DNA of 24,000 nt from Streptacidiphilus sp. P02-A3a. Lineage in GTDB: Bacteria > Actinomycetota > Actinomycetes > Streptomycetales > Streptomycetaceae. The notes below the pieces were generated by a model, which saw nothing but the letters and a program-made list of their open reading frames with translations, did no database searches and was not told the origin of the DNA. The DNA is taken from positions 419,922 through 443,921 of the forward strand of contig NZ_CP048289.1 of assembly GCF_014084105.1 (NCBI RefSeq). The letters are read 5' to 3'. The position numbers and the translations under genes are program-made. Shown piece after piece: positions 23,292-24,000 of the stretch; position 1 is the first letter of the stretch; each line of letters starts with the position of its first letter.

Positions 23292-24000
23292 CGGTCATCT
23301 GTATGCTCCTCATGTGACTACATCCCTCCGCCGCTTCCCGCAGCAGGCCACTGGCCCTGATCCCGAGCTGACCGAGGCAGTCATCCGCATCGCCGTCAGC
23401 TATGTGCGGCAGTCGGCCGCAAAGGCGGACCGGACCGAGGCGTCACCGATGACGCAACGGGCCGCGAACGAGAGGGAGTCGGAGCGCTGGGGTACTTTCG
23501 GAGGCCACTATGAGGACATCGGCATCTCCGGCTGGGATCCGGACGCGGGCCGCGAGGGCTTCGAGCGTATGCTCCGGGACGCCCGCAACGGCGATTTCCA
23601 GGTCCTGATCGTCTACAACGTCAGCCGCTTCTCGCGGCGCGAGGTGATGGACGCGATCCCGGTCGTGACGGAACTGCACCGGCTGGGTGTCACCATCGTG
23701 AGCGTGATGGAGGGCGTCTTCGCCCCCAGGGACAACATGGCCCTGATCTACCTGATCATGCGTCTGGACGCCGCTCACCAGGAGTCCCAGAACAAGAGCG
23801 TCGCCGTCCGGGAGGTAAAGGCCATCCAACGGGCGGCCGGCAGCTGGATGGGCGGTGCCGCACCCTACGGGCTGCGCGCTGAGAAGGAGCTGCAGGGCAA
23901 GCTCGCCATCTACAAGCTGCGGCACGAGCCAGAGGAAGCGGAGAACCTCCGCAGGATCTGGGCGACCATCCGTGAGCACATGGGCCAGCCGATCAAGGCC
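23274..24000 (+). mobile_element. left end of an integrated element (prophage or ICE-like) beginning at a hybrid att junction; continues beyond the window
   Basis: Break in nth homology, a local GC drop (23274-23313), then an integrase gene about 40 bp later. In phiC31-type phages attP sits next to int, so the hybrid att site is expected here. Confidence 0.55.
23314..24000 (+). CDS. int: large serine recombinase (phiC31-type integrase), N-terminal 229 codons; 3' end outside the window
   Basis: My own translation from GTG 23314 is open to the window end. 'IAVSYVRQSAAK' (catalytic Ser context), 'FQVLIVYNVSRFSRREVMDAIPVVTELHRLGVTIVSVMEGVF...LIYLIMRLDAAHQESQNKS', 'GGAAPYGL'. From memory this block closely parallels the phiC31 integrase N-terminal domain. 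It is absent from the ORF track because there is no in-window stop. Confidence 0.9.
   Translation, partial: MTTSLRRFPQQATGPDPELTEAVIRIAVSYVRQSAAKADRTEASPMTQRAANERESERWGTFGGHYEDIGISGWDPDAGREGFERMLRDARNGDFQVLIVYNVSRFSRREVMDAIPVVTELHRLGVTIVSVMEGVFAPRDNMALIYLIMRLDAAHQESQNKSVAVREVKAIQRAAGSWMGGAAPYGLRAEKELQGKLAIYKLRHEPEEAENLRRIWATIREHMGQPIKA

Noticed and set aside
23153-23313. tRNA or tmRNA gene as the integration target next to the integrase
   Set aside because: I found no cloverleaf-compatible stems or T-loop (GGTTCGAAT-like) motif. The integrase is a serine recombinase, which typically targets protein-coding genes. The flanking homology is to nth.
23443-23979. 178-aa minus-strand ORF
   Set aside because: It is antisense to the serine-integrase reading frame, which carries unmistakable recombinase motifs.

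Overview
High-GC actinomycete (Streptomyces/Kitasatospora-like) chromosomal DNA, densely coded on both strands. I support about 25 protein genes, one multiply frameshifted pseudogene, one gene remnant, several hairpins and tandem repeats, and no rRNA, tRNA or CRISPR. Left to right: MFS transporter; small ORF coupled to an alpha/beta hydrolase; GlxA/AraC-type regulator and DJ-1/PfpI gene separated by an 18-bp minisatellite; divergent tautomerase/ArsR pair; small LuxR regulator. Then a translationally coupled minus-strand operon (cis-prenyltransferase, squalene/phytoene-synthase-like, MpaB/Lcp-family oxygenase fused to a 4-EF-hand domain). Divergent from it is a coupled operon of two small proteins plus an ABC1/UbiB-family kinase. 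Next: decayed PurH-like pseudogene; HhH-GPD protein; DUF4232-like lipoprotein; DUF899; TrmB/LuxR regulator; second MFS; DUF6879-like orphan; secreted PKD plus triple-repeat protein; secreted bulb-type lectin; divergent AfsR/SARP-NB-ARC-TPR regulator. The window ends with a short endonuclease III remnant abutting a phiC31-type serine integrase that runs off the right edge and is absent from the ORF track. The best candidate for an undescribed system is the prenyl operon together with the divergent UbiB-kinase operon (5.6-11.0 kb). Second is the SARP/lectin/repeat-protein module next to the integration junction. All functional calls come from motif recognition by eye and need HMM or BLAST confirmation.
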